Source of the DNA: Thermoplasmatota archaeon
GTDB lineage: Archaea; Thermoplasmatota; Penumbrarchaeia; Penumbrarchaeales; Penumbrarchaeaceae
Length of the DNA: 64,000 nucleotides
Reading direction: 5' to 3'
Assembly: GCA_029762535.1 (NCBI GenBank)
Contig: JARVGK010000005.1
Span: 51,631-115,630, forward strand
Positions 19,992 through 31,422 of the stretch are shown piece by piece. The stretch's first letter is position 1. Each line of letters opens with the position of its first letter. The position numbers and the translations under genes are program-made. The notes beneath the pieces are model-generated. The model had not been told where the DNA came from. It made no database searches and saw nothing but the letters and a program-made list of their open reading frames with translations.

Positions 19992-21376
19992 ATCATCTCA
20001 CCCGTTCCATATTTTGAGAGTTCCGGCCCATTATTAAGATCTATCTCCGTTCGATAAGATATTTCGCCCGCGATATTCGTGAGAAATTCCTTTCTAAAGA
20101 CCATCATGTCATCTTTGGTCCTGATATTTCCAAGCTGGTGCATCACATACATAGCTTTGATCATTGCGGTTTCAGGATGCATATCATAGGCAGGTATGAT
20201 CCCTGATTCCAGGAGTTTCCTTCCCGTGGAATAGACGTTAAGATTAACAATTCCGTTCAAACAAGAGGATGTCATTATTATGGGTATGCATCCTTCGACA
20301 ATCTGGGATAATTTCGGTATCAGATCTGACCTGACGTGTCCCAGTCCAGTGCCTTCCAGAACTATGCATTTATAATTCTCTATCAGGAGATCGAACATGG
20401 AAGCGTTCAGTTGGGGATGGTATTTCAACAGGAATACACAAGGGTCAAAACCTCCTATGACCCTAAGTTCACCATCATCATGATTTTTTTGGGAAGGACT
20501 TGTTATTGACACCTTATCGTTCACGACCTTTCCGATCGGTCTTTGATTTATGGATGCGAAGGCGAAACGGGCAGAGGTATGCATCTTGCGAACATTGGTA
20601 CCTTTATGTATCAGACTCTCCCCATCAGATGTTCTTCCATGCATGACAACACAAACTTCCTTGATTAGACCAGACCTGGCTACAAGTATGGAATCAATTA
20701 GGTTTTGATGAGCATCGGTCGATGGGCGATCCGAAGACCTCTGAGAACCAGTAAGTACGACTGGTCCTGGAAGACCACGAAGAAGGAATGATAGGGCACA
20801 GGCAGTATATGATAGAGTATCCGTCCCATGAGTGATAACGCATCCGCGGGCGCCGGAACGAAAACAATCCAATACATCTTTTGCGAGTTTCATCCAATCA
20901 TCTGGGACCATGTCCTCTGAGAGTTTGGACATGGATATGATCGGTTGAACCTCCTCGGTGATATCGATGCTTTCCATCCATTTCATAACATCATCCGGTT
21001 CCTGGGGGGGGTATACTGCCCCCGTTTCGTAGTCCAACCTAGAAGCGATCGTACCTCCTGTGGAAATTAAAAATATGGGCTTTCTACTATTACGGGAGCG
21101 TTTTTTTTCATATGGTCCAACCTTATCATTCGCTCTTGTGAGGAGTTTGATATCAGATATTCTATTCAAAGAAAACCCCGCGTTATAACCGCTATCCAGT
21201 TTGATGAACATTACATTGTCTTGTTCATCCATTCCAAATTCTATGAATTGGCCGCTTATGTGTATGGGGTTAGATCCAGAATAATTAGGATGTCTCGGGA
21301 TCAAACTCACTTGTATTCTATCACCTTTGGATAAAGATGATTCAGTAAGATCGGAGGTTTTTTTATGTCGGACCAT
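19988..21376 (-). CDS. gatD: Glu-tRNA(Gln) amidotransferase subunit D
   Basis: IKLDSGYN, STGGTIAS, HGTDT, GSQRSSDRPS, RKMHTS; directly upstream of gatE. Confidence 0.95.
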   Translation of the reverse strand: MVRHKKTSDLTESSLSKGDRIQVSLIPRHPNYSGSNPIHISGQFIEFGMDEQDNVMFIKLDSGYNAGFSLNRISDIKLLTRANDKVGPYEKKRSRNSRKPIFLISTGGTIASRLDYETGAVYPPQEPDDVMKWMESIDITEEVQPIISMSKLSEDMVPDDWMKLAKDVLDCFRSGARGCVITHGTDTLSYTACALSFLLRGLPGPVVLTGSQRSSDRPSTDAHQNLIDSILVARSGLIKEVCVVMHGRTSDGESLIHKGTNVRKMHTSARFAFASINQRPIGKVVNDKVSITSPSQKNHDDGELRVIGGFDPCVFLLKYHPQLNASMFDLLIENYKCIVLEGTGLGHVRSDLIPKLSQIVEGCIPIIMTSSCLNGIVNLNVYSTGRKLLESGIIPAYDMHPETAMIKAMYVMHQLGNIRTKDDMMVFRKEFLTNIAGEISYRTEIDLNNGPELSKYGTGEMI

Positions 21377-21472
21377 GAGAAGACCATTGACGAGATATTA
21401 GATAAAGATAATCTATATGGTATGATGGATGGTATGAAAGATAATAATAATGCGTGGAACATTAGGGGTTAT

Positions 21473-21868
21473 ATGAAGACCATTCTAGTCCCAAGTTCGG
21501 GCGCATATGCGGCAAGGGCAAATGCGAAAAATATAATGAAACTGGCTAAAAAGTTCGAAGCCAGAATTGTCGTGGTCCATATTAGGGATCAAGGTGAGTC
21601 AAGAGAGGGTGATCTAGCTCTTGAGATCTTCGATAAGATCGCTCGGGAAGAAAAAGTGGAACATACCCTGGTGCCGGCCGTAGGTGAGATATCCTCAACG
21701 ATAATAGGTCAAGCAAAATACCATGGAGCAGATATCATCGTAATGGGGGCAACAGAGGGAAGAGGGGTAGCGGGTTGGATATTAGATAGAATACTCATGA
21801 ACACCGATGTACCAGTCCTGATATTGCCCTGGTTGAACAGGGAGGAAAAAGATGCTACTGTTTGTTGA
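21473..21868 (+). CDS. Universal stress protein (UspA family)
   Basis: MKTILVP..., ADIIVMG, ILMNTDVPVLIL; start set at ATG 21473 because the upstream extension overlaps gatD. Confidence 0.85.
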   Translation: MKTILVPSSGAYAARANAKNIMKLAKKFEARIVVVHIRDQGESREGDLALEIFDKIAREEKVEHTLVPAVGEISSTIIGQAKYHGADIIVMGATEGRGVAGWILDRILMNTDVPVLILPWLNREEKDATVC

Positions 21869-22790
21869 TGACAGATCAATGGATGGCCCACTATTTAGTT
21901 TTAATGAACAAATCCATTTTGCTATGATGGATGAACTATTATCCCTGTTGTATGGGTCGTATGGCAAACTGACCACGATCCATATACAGGTGAATTCATA
22001 CCGTGTTCACGAAGTTGGCACGGATTCAAAGTTTGACATAAATTATGATATAGATGATATTAGGGCTATGACATCTCTCATGGATTCAGACCCGATGGAT
22101 ATATGCGTGTTCGCAAGAAAGATGATCGTTTTCGAGGATAAGATCCCGGATATTACTGAATACCATCACAAGGATCGGACCGGGATAACGGCTCTTGTTA
22201 AGGAAGGTATATCCAGAGATGGAATGAGACCAGTATTCATCGACTCTCGTAATAGACTAGATTATAGTGATAATGCTGCGATAATTCGATCCAGAGTTGT
22301 CGATTTGGGTTATTATATAATCGATAAGAGCTTCATGAAGGAATTTTTTAGAAGAACCGAAGGGCTAATCGGATTAAACAAGGATGATATGATATCAATA
22401 TCCGGATGCGAAGCTGTCAAGGGTTATCGTGTCAGATCAAGGATTGGTTTCATAGATGATCTGGAATCAATCCTTGAGACACAGAGAATGATGTTGGATT
22501 GGATGATGCAGGATTTAGAAAAGGCCAGATTCGGTAATATTGATCAGAACAATATCATCGTCAATATGCCATCCTTCATCCATAACACTGCAGTGATAGG
22601 GGAGAACTGTAGATTAGGCCCTTATACGACGATAATGAGAGAAGTTAAAGTTGGAAAGAACGTATTCATCATAAACTCGATAATCTGCGAGAAATGTATC
22701 ATAGGAGACGATGTATACATAGAAGGTGCCATAATCGGACCGGGATCATCCATTGAGAATGGTTCCGAGATCGAATGGTGTGTTCATTGA
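21852..22790 (+). CDS. Degenerate NDP-sugar pyrophosphorylase-like protein with C-terminal left-handed beta-helix
   Basis: C-terminal hexapeptide repeats (AVIGENCRLGPYTTI...CIIGDDVYIEGAIIG); N-terminal GGxGxRL signature absent. Confidence 0.6.
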   Translation: MLLFVDDRSMDGPLFSFNEQIHFAMMDELLSLLYGSYGKLTTIHIQVNSYRVHEVGTDSKFDINYDIDDIRAMTSLMDSDPMDICVFARKMIVFEDKIPDITEYHHKDRTGITALVKEGISRDGMRPVFIDSRNRLDYSDNAAIIRSRVVDLGYYIIDKSFMKEFFRRTEGLIGLNKDDMISISGCEAVKGYRVRSRIGFIDDLESILETQRMMLDWMMQDLEKARFGNIDQNNIIVNMPSFIHNTAVIGENCRLGPYTTIMREVKVGKNVFIINSIICEKCIIGDDVYIEGAIIGPGSSIENGSEIEWCVH

Positions 22791-22793
22791 TCC

Positions 22794-22970
22794 TCAAACC
22801 GGCCATTTCCATTTCAGAAGTTCGAGGGCGATGACGGAAATGATACCGGCAGCCACAACGTATCTGGGATCGATCTTTAGAGAGGTCTCCTCTTCTGCGT
22901 CAAAATATCTTATAAGACCCGCTGCAGAGTGAAAACCTTCACCTTTTTTATTCTTCTTGGCTGGGGCCAT
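22794..22970 (-). CDS. secG: Preprotein translocase subunit Sec61beta (archaeal SecG)
   Basis: Not in the ORF track. Manual translation: MAPAKKNKKGEGFHSAAGLIRYFDAEEETSLKIDPRYVVAAGIISVIALELLKWKWPV. Confidence 0.92.
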   Translation of the reverse strand: MAPAKKNKKGEGFHSAAGLIRYFDAEEETSLKIDPRYVVAAGIISVIALELLKWKWPV

Positions 22971-23281
22971 GAGGGCTGCATCTTCTAATCATTATAAATA
23001 ATTTATTACGCTTCATGAAAGGTAGTTGATCGGAATAGGCCCTCCTAGAAAATATTAATATTAAGTGTACGCATTATTATCGAGATTATAGTTATTATTT
23101 ATGACATATATCTAACTTTGATAATGCTAATCTTGACATTCCAAATAGTTTTGAAACATACGAATAGGCTATTATCATAACCTTTTGTGATATCTTTTAG
23201 AGAACGATCTATTCGAGTTGATAGTTTTTACAGGCGCCCCCGCTTCACTTTCCAGAAATCCCGCTTGGATCAGATCCGTGT

Positions 23282-25549
23282 TTATGATTTTGAACGAGAT
23301 ATCAGGTAGCATAATTGTCCGGTGTTCATGTCCAGGGCAGCTTCAAATCTGCCATCTCTACTTGAGATTATCACTGAATAGGGAGTTTTCATGAAAGAGC
23401 CATGATTCATTGTTCCAAAGCCAGGATAGGAATTGTCGGAAACGAATGTAATTGCCCAGTTGGTCATGTCCATAAAGTTGTTTTCCTCAGGTTGTGGGAC
23501 GCCGTAAATGGACCTACTGAATGATGGGTTCAATTCTCCTATAAGATCTTTGAATAGTGATTCTGAAGCGGAGATGGTCAATATAGATCTAATATCATCA
23601 AGCCTTACTGATACAGGTTCTATCCTGGATTTGAATCCTGTGCTTACCGGATTATCCTTTATTACGGTCTGGTTCCAGGCCCATTGATTATTCGGTTCGG
23701 ATATCGAGAACTTCCAAACTTTGGCACCGGTCATCTCGCTATAGTTCGAATATACTGAATATGGTTCTTTGAGACCTGAGACGAAGTTCAGAAATGTCTG
23801 TTTGGATGAGAATTCTTCAACTGCGATTTCGGCATCGAAATCAGAGGGTATGGAAGATATAAGCGTACCGTATACAGGAACATATGTCCAATTATCGTGA
23901 AAATGAGTTATATATTCTTGTTTGGTCTGTAATATATTTATGATCTTGAGATGTTGATCGTCAATATTCCCATATATCACTGGATTTGTTCCCTTTTCTA
24001 TGTCAACTAGTACTTGGTCAAGATTGAAGATATAGGGATTCTTGATATCGTCTTTGGTTTTAATATGATAAATGGTCCTAAGGGATACGGGAGATCCATC
24101 GGAGAGATACACGTTCATGGAGAAAGCATCAAGATCGTTCGAATCAAGTGTGCTTTTATCCATCCATAAAGATACATTAATACATGGTCTACCATGGAAT
24201 CGCAGAACCTCTTCAGCTTTCCAGTTTATTAGTGAGGAACCCCAGAGTAGGTTCCCCATCTCTCCTTCAGATAGATATCTGTCATTGGTGATATCGTCTA
24301 ATTTCAGATCGTAACTTCCCTGAGAAAGACCTGGATAGATAACAAAATTCTCCCTCAAAGAATATTTCTTAGATGATCCTGGTTGAAGTTGAACGTCAAT
24401 AAAGATGTGATTATCCAAACGAATTCTAGAAGCCGAACGATAGTATAGATCGATATCTGTTTTATCAGTTGTTTCCATTATACCTGTGAAAGGGATTTTG
24501 CTTCGGTCATATTTTTCAATAGTTCCTGATAATGAAAGATATTGTTCAGTATTCCTTATAATTGTAGAATATGTTTGTGCGAATCCATCTTTAAAAGTTC
24601 CATCAGAAAAAGATAAGGTTGAGAGTGTGGGTTTCGACTCTTCGCTCCAGAATTCCATCTCAAGGTTTTTAAAAGAAGATGCTTCTGGCATGTCAATTAT
24701 GGACCTAACGTTCGATATGCGCATATCTCCTATGATATGATATTTTGATCGATCTTCGATAGATTCCCTGTCGATCCTGAGTGAAAGCGGTTCCACCTTA
24801 ATATCTTCAGTATGGGTCTTCGATAGTTCTTCTATTTTCACCTCGTGAATAATAGTATATGTGCCGGAGCTTGTGAAAAATATTTCTAGATAGGGTTCAT
24901 CAACATCTCCTTTAATGATGATGAGATCCTTAGGAGATATTGTCCATGTATGTGATGTTCGAACGTCCTTCATTACCGATGATAGTTCTACAATGGAACC
25001 TGAGATAGGATGTAGATCTGAGATCTTGAAGAAAGCATCGAGATCTTCGTTCTTGTCATTATTTTTCATGATTAAGAAATAATAACCAGACGCCAATAAT
25101 AATAACACACATGATATCGAGAAGATGATGATCATCACACCCTTTGCTTTTTTTCCGTGGTATTTAATGATCTTTTTATCTCCTGAGCGCCCATTAGAAG
25201 TTGTTTTATCATTTGAAGCCATATCCTTATCCAAAAGGGGGGGATTATCGGTCGATATTTGGCCATCGGTGGAAGAATTTGTTATAACATCTTTTTCTAA
25301 GATATAATTAGGGGTTGTTACATTCTCAATTTTTGTATTATTATCGAAATGAGAGGTTTCCAAAGACCTTGATAGTGTCCTGATCTTTTCTTTGTTGTAT
25401 TCTTCCATATCCTCAAAAAGTAATCGTTCCAGTTTAGATGTATCGAAACCCTCATCCTTCCACTTTTCGATCTTCTTTATCTCTTTCATTATTATATCAT
25501 CTTTTGTCATATTTTCTTCATGTGGATCGTTTTCGACCGTTGGGCCCAT
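23282..25549 (-). CDS. Large single-pass membrane protein with PKD-like and uncharacterised extracellular domains
   Basis: 755 aa; hydrophilic N-terminus, one TM helix (VMIIIFSISCVLLLLASGYYFLI), then a PKD-like segment (HTWTI...FTSSGTYTI). Confidence 0.7.
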   Translation of the reverse strand: MGPTVENDPHEENMTKDDIIMKEIKKIEKWKDEGFDTSKLERLLFEDMEEYNKEKIRTLSRSLETSHFDNNTKIENVTTPNYILEKDVITNSSTDGQISTDNPPLLDKDMASNDKTTSNGRSGDKKIIKYHGKKAKGVMIIIFSISCVLLLLASGYYFLIMKNNDKNEDLDAFFKISDLHPISGSIVELSSVMKDVRTSHTWTISPKDLIIIKGDVDEPYLEIFFTSSGTYTIIHEVKIEELSKTHTEDIKVEPLSLRIDRESIEDRSKYHIIGDMRISNVRSIIDMPEASSFKNLEMEFWSEESKPTLSTLSFSDGTFKDGFAQTYSTIIRNTEQYLSLSGTIEKYDRSKIPFTGIMETTDKTDIDLYYRSASRIRLDNHIFIDVQLQPGSSKKYSLRENFVIYPGLSQGSYDLKLDDITNDRYLSEGEMGNLLWGSSLINWKAEEVLRFHGRPCINVSLWMDKSTLDSNDLDAFSMNVYLSDGSPVSLRTIYHIKTKDDIKNPYIFNLDQVLVDIEKGTNPVIYGNIDDQHLKIINILQTKQEYITHFHDNWTYVPVYGTLISSIPSDFDAEIAVEEFSSKQTFLNFVSGLKEPYSVYSNYSEMTGAKVWKFSISEPNNQWAWNQTVIKDNPVSTGFKSRIEPVSVRLDDIRSILTISASESLFKDLIGELNPSFSRSIYGVPQPEENNFMDMTNWAITFVSDNSYPGFGTMNHGSFMKTPYSVIISSRDGRFEAALDMNTGQLCYLISRSKS

Positions 25550-25870
25550 ATAACTTGTATGGATAGTGAATAGAAATAATTAGTGTTAATATAAAATAAT
25601 TAATAATAAGAATAATATCTAAAAATATTGCTATTGTAAGATAATATACTTATTATAATAAATTATTATGTCTTCGGGATCATAATGTCAAAAAAACACT
25701 CGGAGATAGAAGCTCACACCATCAGATGATAAGAAAAGTTGTGTTTTTTAGATTATGTAAACATATGGCCATATATGGGGTCGGTATTATCATCGAATGT
25801 GGCTATCGGTCTCCCGAAGGCCACTAATATTTCCAGAATATATTGAAATATCGATTGAAAAAACCTTATC

Positions 25871-26906
<1,036 letters not shown>

Positions 26907-27030
26907 TCATATGTTATAATATTATATTAATATTGTTATAATATTTTTATAATCGCACATAATATAGACATATTCTTATAATATGTAGATAGTGAAAATA
27001 TATTAAGTTTTATAAAAATATAAAAATAGG

Positions 27031-27102
27031 TGGAGAGAGGGAGATTCGAACTCCCGTAAAGCCGATCTGCAGTCGACCGCATAGCCACTCTGCCATCTCT
27101 CC
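27031..27102 (-). tRNA. tRNA with GCA anticodon (Cys), atypical A73 discriminator
   Basis: GGAGAGA/TCTCTCC acceptor stem, anticodon arm GTCGA-CTGCAGA-TCGGC, T arm GGGAG-TTCGAAT-CTCCC, followed by ACC. Confidence 0.92.
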
Positions 27103-27233
27103 GATGGTTTGAGTAAACCTGTATGTCGTTATGATTAATTATTTTACCTCTATCATATTACTTTTCATTACTAACAACCATTAGAATATTTTTAATGTAC
27201 ATATTTATGTTTAGTATAGTACTATCTAGAGTA

Positions 27234-28586
27234 CTAGTAATCTAGTATGCCGGCCTTCATTATTTCCCTGAGGAAGGATGTGGCATATGTACCTTTGAAT
27301 AAAGAGAATTTCACCTCAAGGGCATTCTCGAAACTTTCCATGGAACCACTGTTGTTTACAGGGATTCCGATAACCCTCCATTTAAGATCAAAAGGGATGG
27401 ATATCAACTCCCTCCTTATTCCCCTTGAAGAGATACCTTTGATATCTTTTATAAAAAAAGAATCCGGTTCTATATGCTCCTTTTCAAGTATTTTCCTCTC
27501 GATGTCTCCCATTTCACCATCGGCCATCACTGCCTCATATCCGATGATAAGACCTGATACATATGCTTTTCTGGCCTTTACCAGTCTCTCCATCTCAGAT
27601 ATATTGGAACGGGTTACGTGAACATGTGTTCTATGGTCCGGAAGGAGATTTTTATTCAATGGTATTATGACATCACCTATCTCCGGTGAGCTGAGAGGTA
27701 TGCCTCTGTTCATCCTTTCAGTGATTATCATGTTGAATATGTATGACTGATATGCGTGGATGAACATCATCTTAAGATTTTCCGGTAATATTTCTATCGC
27801 TGCTATCCAATCATCTGGTTTTTTACACAGCTCATTAATCATAGCCCTTTCGAATATGTATTCATTAGGAAAATTATCGAGTGCTTTCTTGAAATCCATG
27901 GTGTTCTGTAAGACTCTCCTTGCCTCGTAACCCTTTTCATTCTCTTTATCAAAGGGATTGCATAAGTAAGAGAGTACGGCTGAGCGATGGTCAAGGTTCA
28001 ATATGTGCTTTCCCACCAAATGCGTTATGGGTCTAACGCTACCGAATCTCTGGATTCCAAAATAATTTGGAAAACCTCCATGTGATGATATCTCATCGAT
28101 GGAAGATGATGTTATATCTTTTATCTCCCGTTCATTTTTATCTATGCCTCTTATACGTATAAGGAAGTCATTGCCCTGTAGGTCCCCTATGAACAGTGGC
28201 TTGCTGGACCTGAAAGCATCAAGGACATAGACATCCTTCAAAGATAGGTTCTTAACGAGTTCCTCCGAGCAATAGAAGGAAAAGTACTGTGTTGTTACCG
28301 CCCTTTTATCTTTGGTACCGGCGAATCCGATTTTCCTTCTGGAAATACCAAGTCGTTTGGAGAATGCTCTTATAAGCTTGTTGGTCTCCCAGTTGTAGAC
28401 TTTGATCTGAGCTATGGTATAGTGGCCATTATCGTTAAGTGGGGGGGGTTTGGCTATTTCTGATACCTGAAAATCCTCTGGTTTTTTCCTCAAACGACCG
28501 CCCAATGGTTCGGTGGATGTAAGGTATCTTCCTAGTCCGATGTTAATCTCCTCATCTGGAGGTTTTCGTATTCGTGCTTCGGACAA
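27234..28586 (-). CDS. truD: tRNA pseudouridine(13) synthase TruD/Pus7
   Basis: PEDFQVSE, GFAGTKDKRAVTTQ, GNDF.I, FPNYFGIQRFG, HAYQSYIFN, GTYATSFLRE. Confidence 0.95.
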   Translation of the reverse strand: MSEARIRKPPDEEINIGLGRYLTSTEPLGGRLRKKPEDFQVSEIAKPPPLNDNGHYTIAQIKVYNWETNKLIRAFSKRLGISRRKIGFAGTKDKRAVTTQYFSFYCSEELVKNLSLKDVYVLDAFRSSKPLFIGDLQGNDFLIRIRGIDKNEREIKDITSSSIDEISSHGGFPNYFGIQRFGSVRPITHLVGKHILNLDHRSAVLSYLCNPFDKENEKGYEARRVLQNTMDFKKALDNFPNEYIFERAMINELCKKPDDWIAAIEILPENLKMMFIHAYQSYIFNMIITERMNRGIPLSSPEIGDVIIPLNKNLLPDHRTHVHVTRSNISEMERLVKARKAYVSGLIIGYEAVMADGEMGDIERKILEKEHIEPDSFFIKDIKGISSRGIRRELISIPFDLKWRVIGIPVNNSGSMESFENALEVKFSLFKGTYATSFLREIMKAGILDY

Positions 28587-28592
28587 CTATTA

Positions 28593-28877
28593 TCATCCCA
28601 GTTTACTGATCTCGGAGAGCATATCCCTGTATTGGTTCGAGAGGGCCTTCGTCGCCTTTTTTAAAGCGTTTTGTGGTTTTCCGGATCGGACGCTTACGTA
28701 GAACCTGGGGTCGTCCAATTTTGGATGGTTTATGTTGTAGTTCGATGAATCAACGGAATCATCTAGGAGCAACTGGTTCCTCAAAGGGATCAGCATGGAC
28801 TCAGTTGCTCCCTCGATTTCGAATTCCATGTAATTCTTTTCCTTTTTCAGGAGATTTAGTTTCATATGGATCGGCAT
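28593..28877 (-). CDS. rpoL: DNA-directed RNA polymerase subunit L (Rpo11)
   Basis: MEFEIEG...LRNQLLLDDSV...YNINHP...FYV...PQNALKKA; typical size; upstream of truD. Confidence 0.85.
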   Translation of the reverse strand: MPIHMKLNLLKKEKNYMEFEIEGATESMLIPLRNQLLLDDSVDSSNYNINHPKLDDPRFYVSVRSGKPQNALKKATKALSNQYRDMLSEISKLG

Positions 28878-28942
28878 GGCAAAGGTCTATATTATTTATA
28901 TCTTTTCTCCCATGATACCAGGCATCAAAGAGGTATAATGAT

Positions 28943-29776
28943 ATGGACGGTTCGATTGGATCATTATCATCAAAACAAAAGAATCTCGGTCAAAATTTCT
29001 TAACGGACAGGTATGTTGCTAATAGAATAATCGAAACAATACCTCAAGGAACGTCAAAAGTCATAGAAATCGGCCCTGGAAAGGGCATACTCACAGAAAT
29101 GATGTTGACTAAAGGTATTAAAGTTATGGCCATTGAGATTGATAATCGATTATCAAGATATCTGAAAGATAAATTCAAAGGATATGACCTCGAGCTAATT
29201 AACGACGACATTATGAATCATCTCGATGGTAATTTATTAAAGAGAGGTGATTATATAATATCAAACCTTCCATTTTACCTATCGAGCAATTTTATCTTAA
29301 GACTACTTGAGAAAATAGAATACCCATTCGAAAAAAAATATGAATTTTGCGGGGCGACAATAATGTTCCAAAAGGAATTTGCCAATAGATTATTATCTCA
29401 CCCTGGTTCGAAGGATTATTCGCGTATCAGCATATCGACGAGATCGAAATTGGATATAACATATTCTATGGATGTTGATAGGACATCATTCGATCCCATG
29501 CCAGTGGTGGATGCGACAGTTGTTGTAATGAAAGAAAAAGATCAAATGCTACCAAAGTTTGATGGTCGTATCTTTGAGGTCATACTTGAGAGGTGTTTCG
29601 CCAACAGGAGAAAAAAAATAAAGAATCTAATACCCAAGGAGATCAATGGACATTCAGTAAATATAGAACTTCTTCATATCTGGATCCAGGATAGAGGGTT
29701 CGATCAACTCCGTCCTGAGAATTTGAGCATCTTTGATTATATCGATCTCTCAAATGAGGTGTCACAGCTCATCTAA
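28943..29776 (+). CDS. ksgA: 16S rRNA m6,2A dimethyltransferase KsgA/Dim1
   Basis: LGQNFL, IEIGPGKG, IEID, SNLPF, MFQKEFA.RL, FDPMPVVD, RPENLS. Confidence 0.95.
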   Translation: MDGSIGSLSSKQKNLGQNFLTDRYVANRIIETIPQGTSKVIEIGPGKGILTEMMLTKGIKVMAIEIDNRLSRYLKDKFKGYDLELINDDIMNHLDGNLLKRGDYIISNLPFYLSSNFILRLLEKIEYPFEKKYEFCGATIMFQKEFANRLLSHPGSKDYSRISISTRSKLDITYSMDVDRTSFDPMPVVDATVVVMKEKDQMLPKFDGRIFEVILERCFANRRKKIKNLIPKEINGHSVNIELLHIWIQDRGFDQLRPENLSIFDYIDLSNEVSQLI

Positions 29777-31422
29777 TGTTGATTAATGGTAGATCTATAG
29801 CAAACATTAATACTTCGGTCGTAACAATTCAGGTCATGTACCTCAAGAATAAAATAGAGTTGAAAAGTAATGGAATAGGAAGATATGTCCCCCTCTGTTA
29901 TGGAGGTGGAATGCATAGTCCGTACATAGATCATAAAGGCTCTATACCTTCGAGGGTAAGTGAGATCGGGAGGGTCACAAGGAGAAGGGATCCTTATGAG
30001 AGTAAAATGTTACCATCGATCAAGGAAGCTATAAAGAAGTGTGGAATAACAGATGGTATGACAATATCTTTCCATCATCATTTACGGAATGGTGATAAAG
30101 TAGTAAATATGGTTATTGATGAGTTATTTCGTCAGGGAATAAAGGATATTAGGATTATTCCCACTGCTCTTTTTGATGTGCACAATCGATTAATTGACCA
30201 TATAAAGAGAGGTACCATAACAAGGATCGAGGGATCATTGAATGGAGGCTTAGGCAGATTCATTTCGGAAGGGATTTTGGAAGAGCCTGTTATCCTAAGA
30301 AGTCATTCTGGCAGAGCAAGGGCTATACAACAAGGCGATATCGAGATCGACGTAGCTTTTCTTGGAGTATCATGTTGTGATCCACTCGGCAACGCAAACG
30401 GTTTGATGGGGAGATCATGTTACGGGCCTTGTGGTTTTTTAAAAGCTGATGCGAAATTCGCAAAAAAAACGGTTCTGATCACTGACGAACTAGTGAATTT
30501 TCCCTGCATTCCGATATCCTTGCCAGGAACGGATGTTGATCATATAGTCGTTGTTGAGAGTATTGGAGATCCATCAGGGATACATACCGGTACTCTAAAA
30601 ATAACAGATGATCCACAAAGGTTAACAATCGCAAATATGATACTCGATGTTATGGACATAGGGGATGTTATACGTAACGGAATGTCCTTTCAGGCCGGTT
30701 CGGGAGGGATATCCCTCGCTTTGACAAAGCTGCTTGGAGATCGGTTAAGAAAAAAGGACATTAAAGCATCCTTCGCAGTTGGAGGTACAACAAAATATCT
30801 TGTATCTTTGTTGGAAGATGGTTTAATTGGTTACCTCATCGATGGACAGAGCTTTGATATGGAATCGGTACGTTCCTTGAGAGATAATCCAAATCACGTT
30901 GAGATATCGGTCGATCAATATGCGAACCTTCACTCAGGTGCGACATTCACAGAAATGGAAGATGTATCATTTCTTTCCGGAACAGAAGTCGATACTGAAT
31001 TCAACGTAAACGTGAACACTCATTCAGATGGTTATCTTTTACATGGTATTGGGGGGCATCAAGATGTGGCATACGGATCCAAATTGACATTCATCACAGT
31101 TCCTCTTACCAGAAAAGGGAATCCAATAATCAAGGACAGAGTAACAACAGTTACGACCCCAGGAAAACTGGTAGATATTGTTGTGACAGAAGTTGGCCTA
31201 GCATTCAATACGACGAACGTCAGAAAAGAGGTTAGACAGAGGAATGAGGACCTCGAATCGTTGTGCAAGAAAAACGGGTTCAATGTCATGTCCATAGATG
31301 AATTGAGGAGGACGTCCAAAGCGTCAGGTATGGATATTCTACGAAAAGAGGGTAATAAGCTCGTAGCTACGATCCAGTATATAGATGGAACTACCCTTGA
31401 TTCTGTCTGGAGTGTTAAATGA
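29776..31422 (+). CDS. citF: Citrate lyase alpha subunit-like ACP/CoA-transferase (start may be ATG 29836)
   Basis: GMTISFHHHLRNGD, RSHSGRARAI, SFQAGSGG, EVDTEFNVNV, GIGGHQD, VTTPG. Confidence 0.9.
   Translation: MLINGRSIANINTSVVTIQVMYLKNKIELKSNGIGRYVPLCYGGGMHSPYIDHKGSIPSRVSEIGRVTRRRDPYESKMLPSIKEAIKKCGITDGMTISFHHHLRNGDKVVNMVIDELFRQGIKDIRIIPTALFDVHNRLIDHIKRGTITRIEGSLNGGLGRFISEGILEEPVILRSHSGRARAIQQGDIEIDVAFLGVSCCDPLGNANGLMGRSCYGPCGFLKADAKFAKKTVLITDELVNFPCIPISLPGTDVDHIVVVESIGDPSGIHTGTLKITDDPQRLTIANMILDVMDIGDVIRNGMSFQAGSGGISLALTKLLGDRLRKKDIKASFAVGGTTKYLVSLLEDGLIGYLIDGQSFDMESVRSLRDNPNHVEISVDQYANLHSGATFTEMEDVSFLSGTEVDTEFNVNVNTHSDGYLLHGIGGHQDVAYGSKLTFITVPLTRKGNPIIKDRVTTVTTPGKLVDIVVTEVGLAFNTTNVRKEVRQRNEDLESLCKKNGFNVMSIDELRRTSKASGMDILRKEGNKLVATIQYIDGTTLDSVWSVK

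Noticed and set aside
21365-21472. N-terminal extension of the USP ORF
   Set aside because: It overlaps the divergent gatD start; USP homology begins at MKTILVP (21473).
25560-25680. Possible dif/Xer site in the AT-rich intergenic region
   Set aside because: The ATAA...TTAT pairs have 5- or 7-bp spacers rather than 6, which is expected by chance at this AT content.
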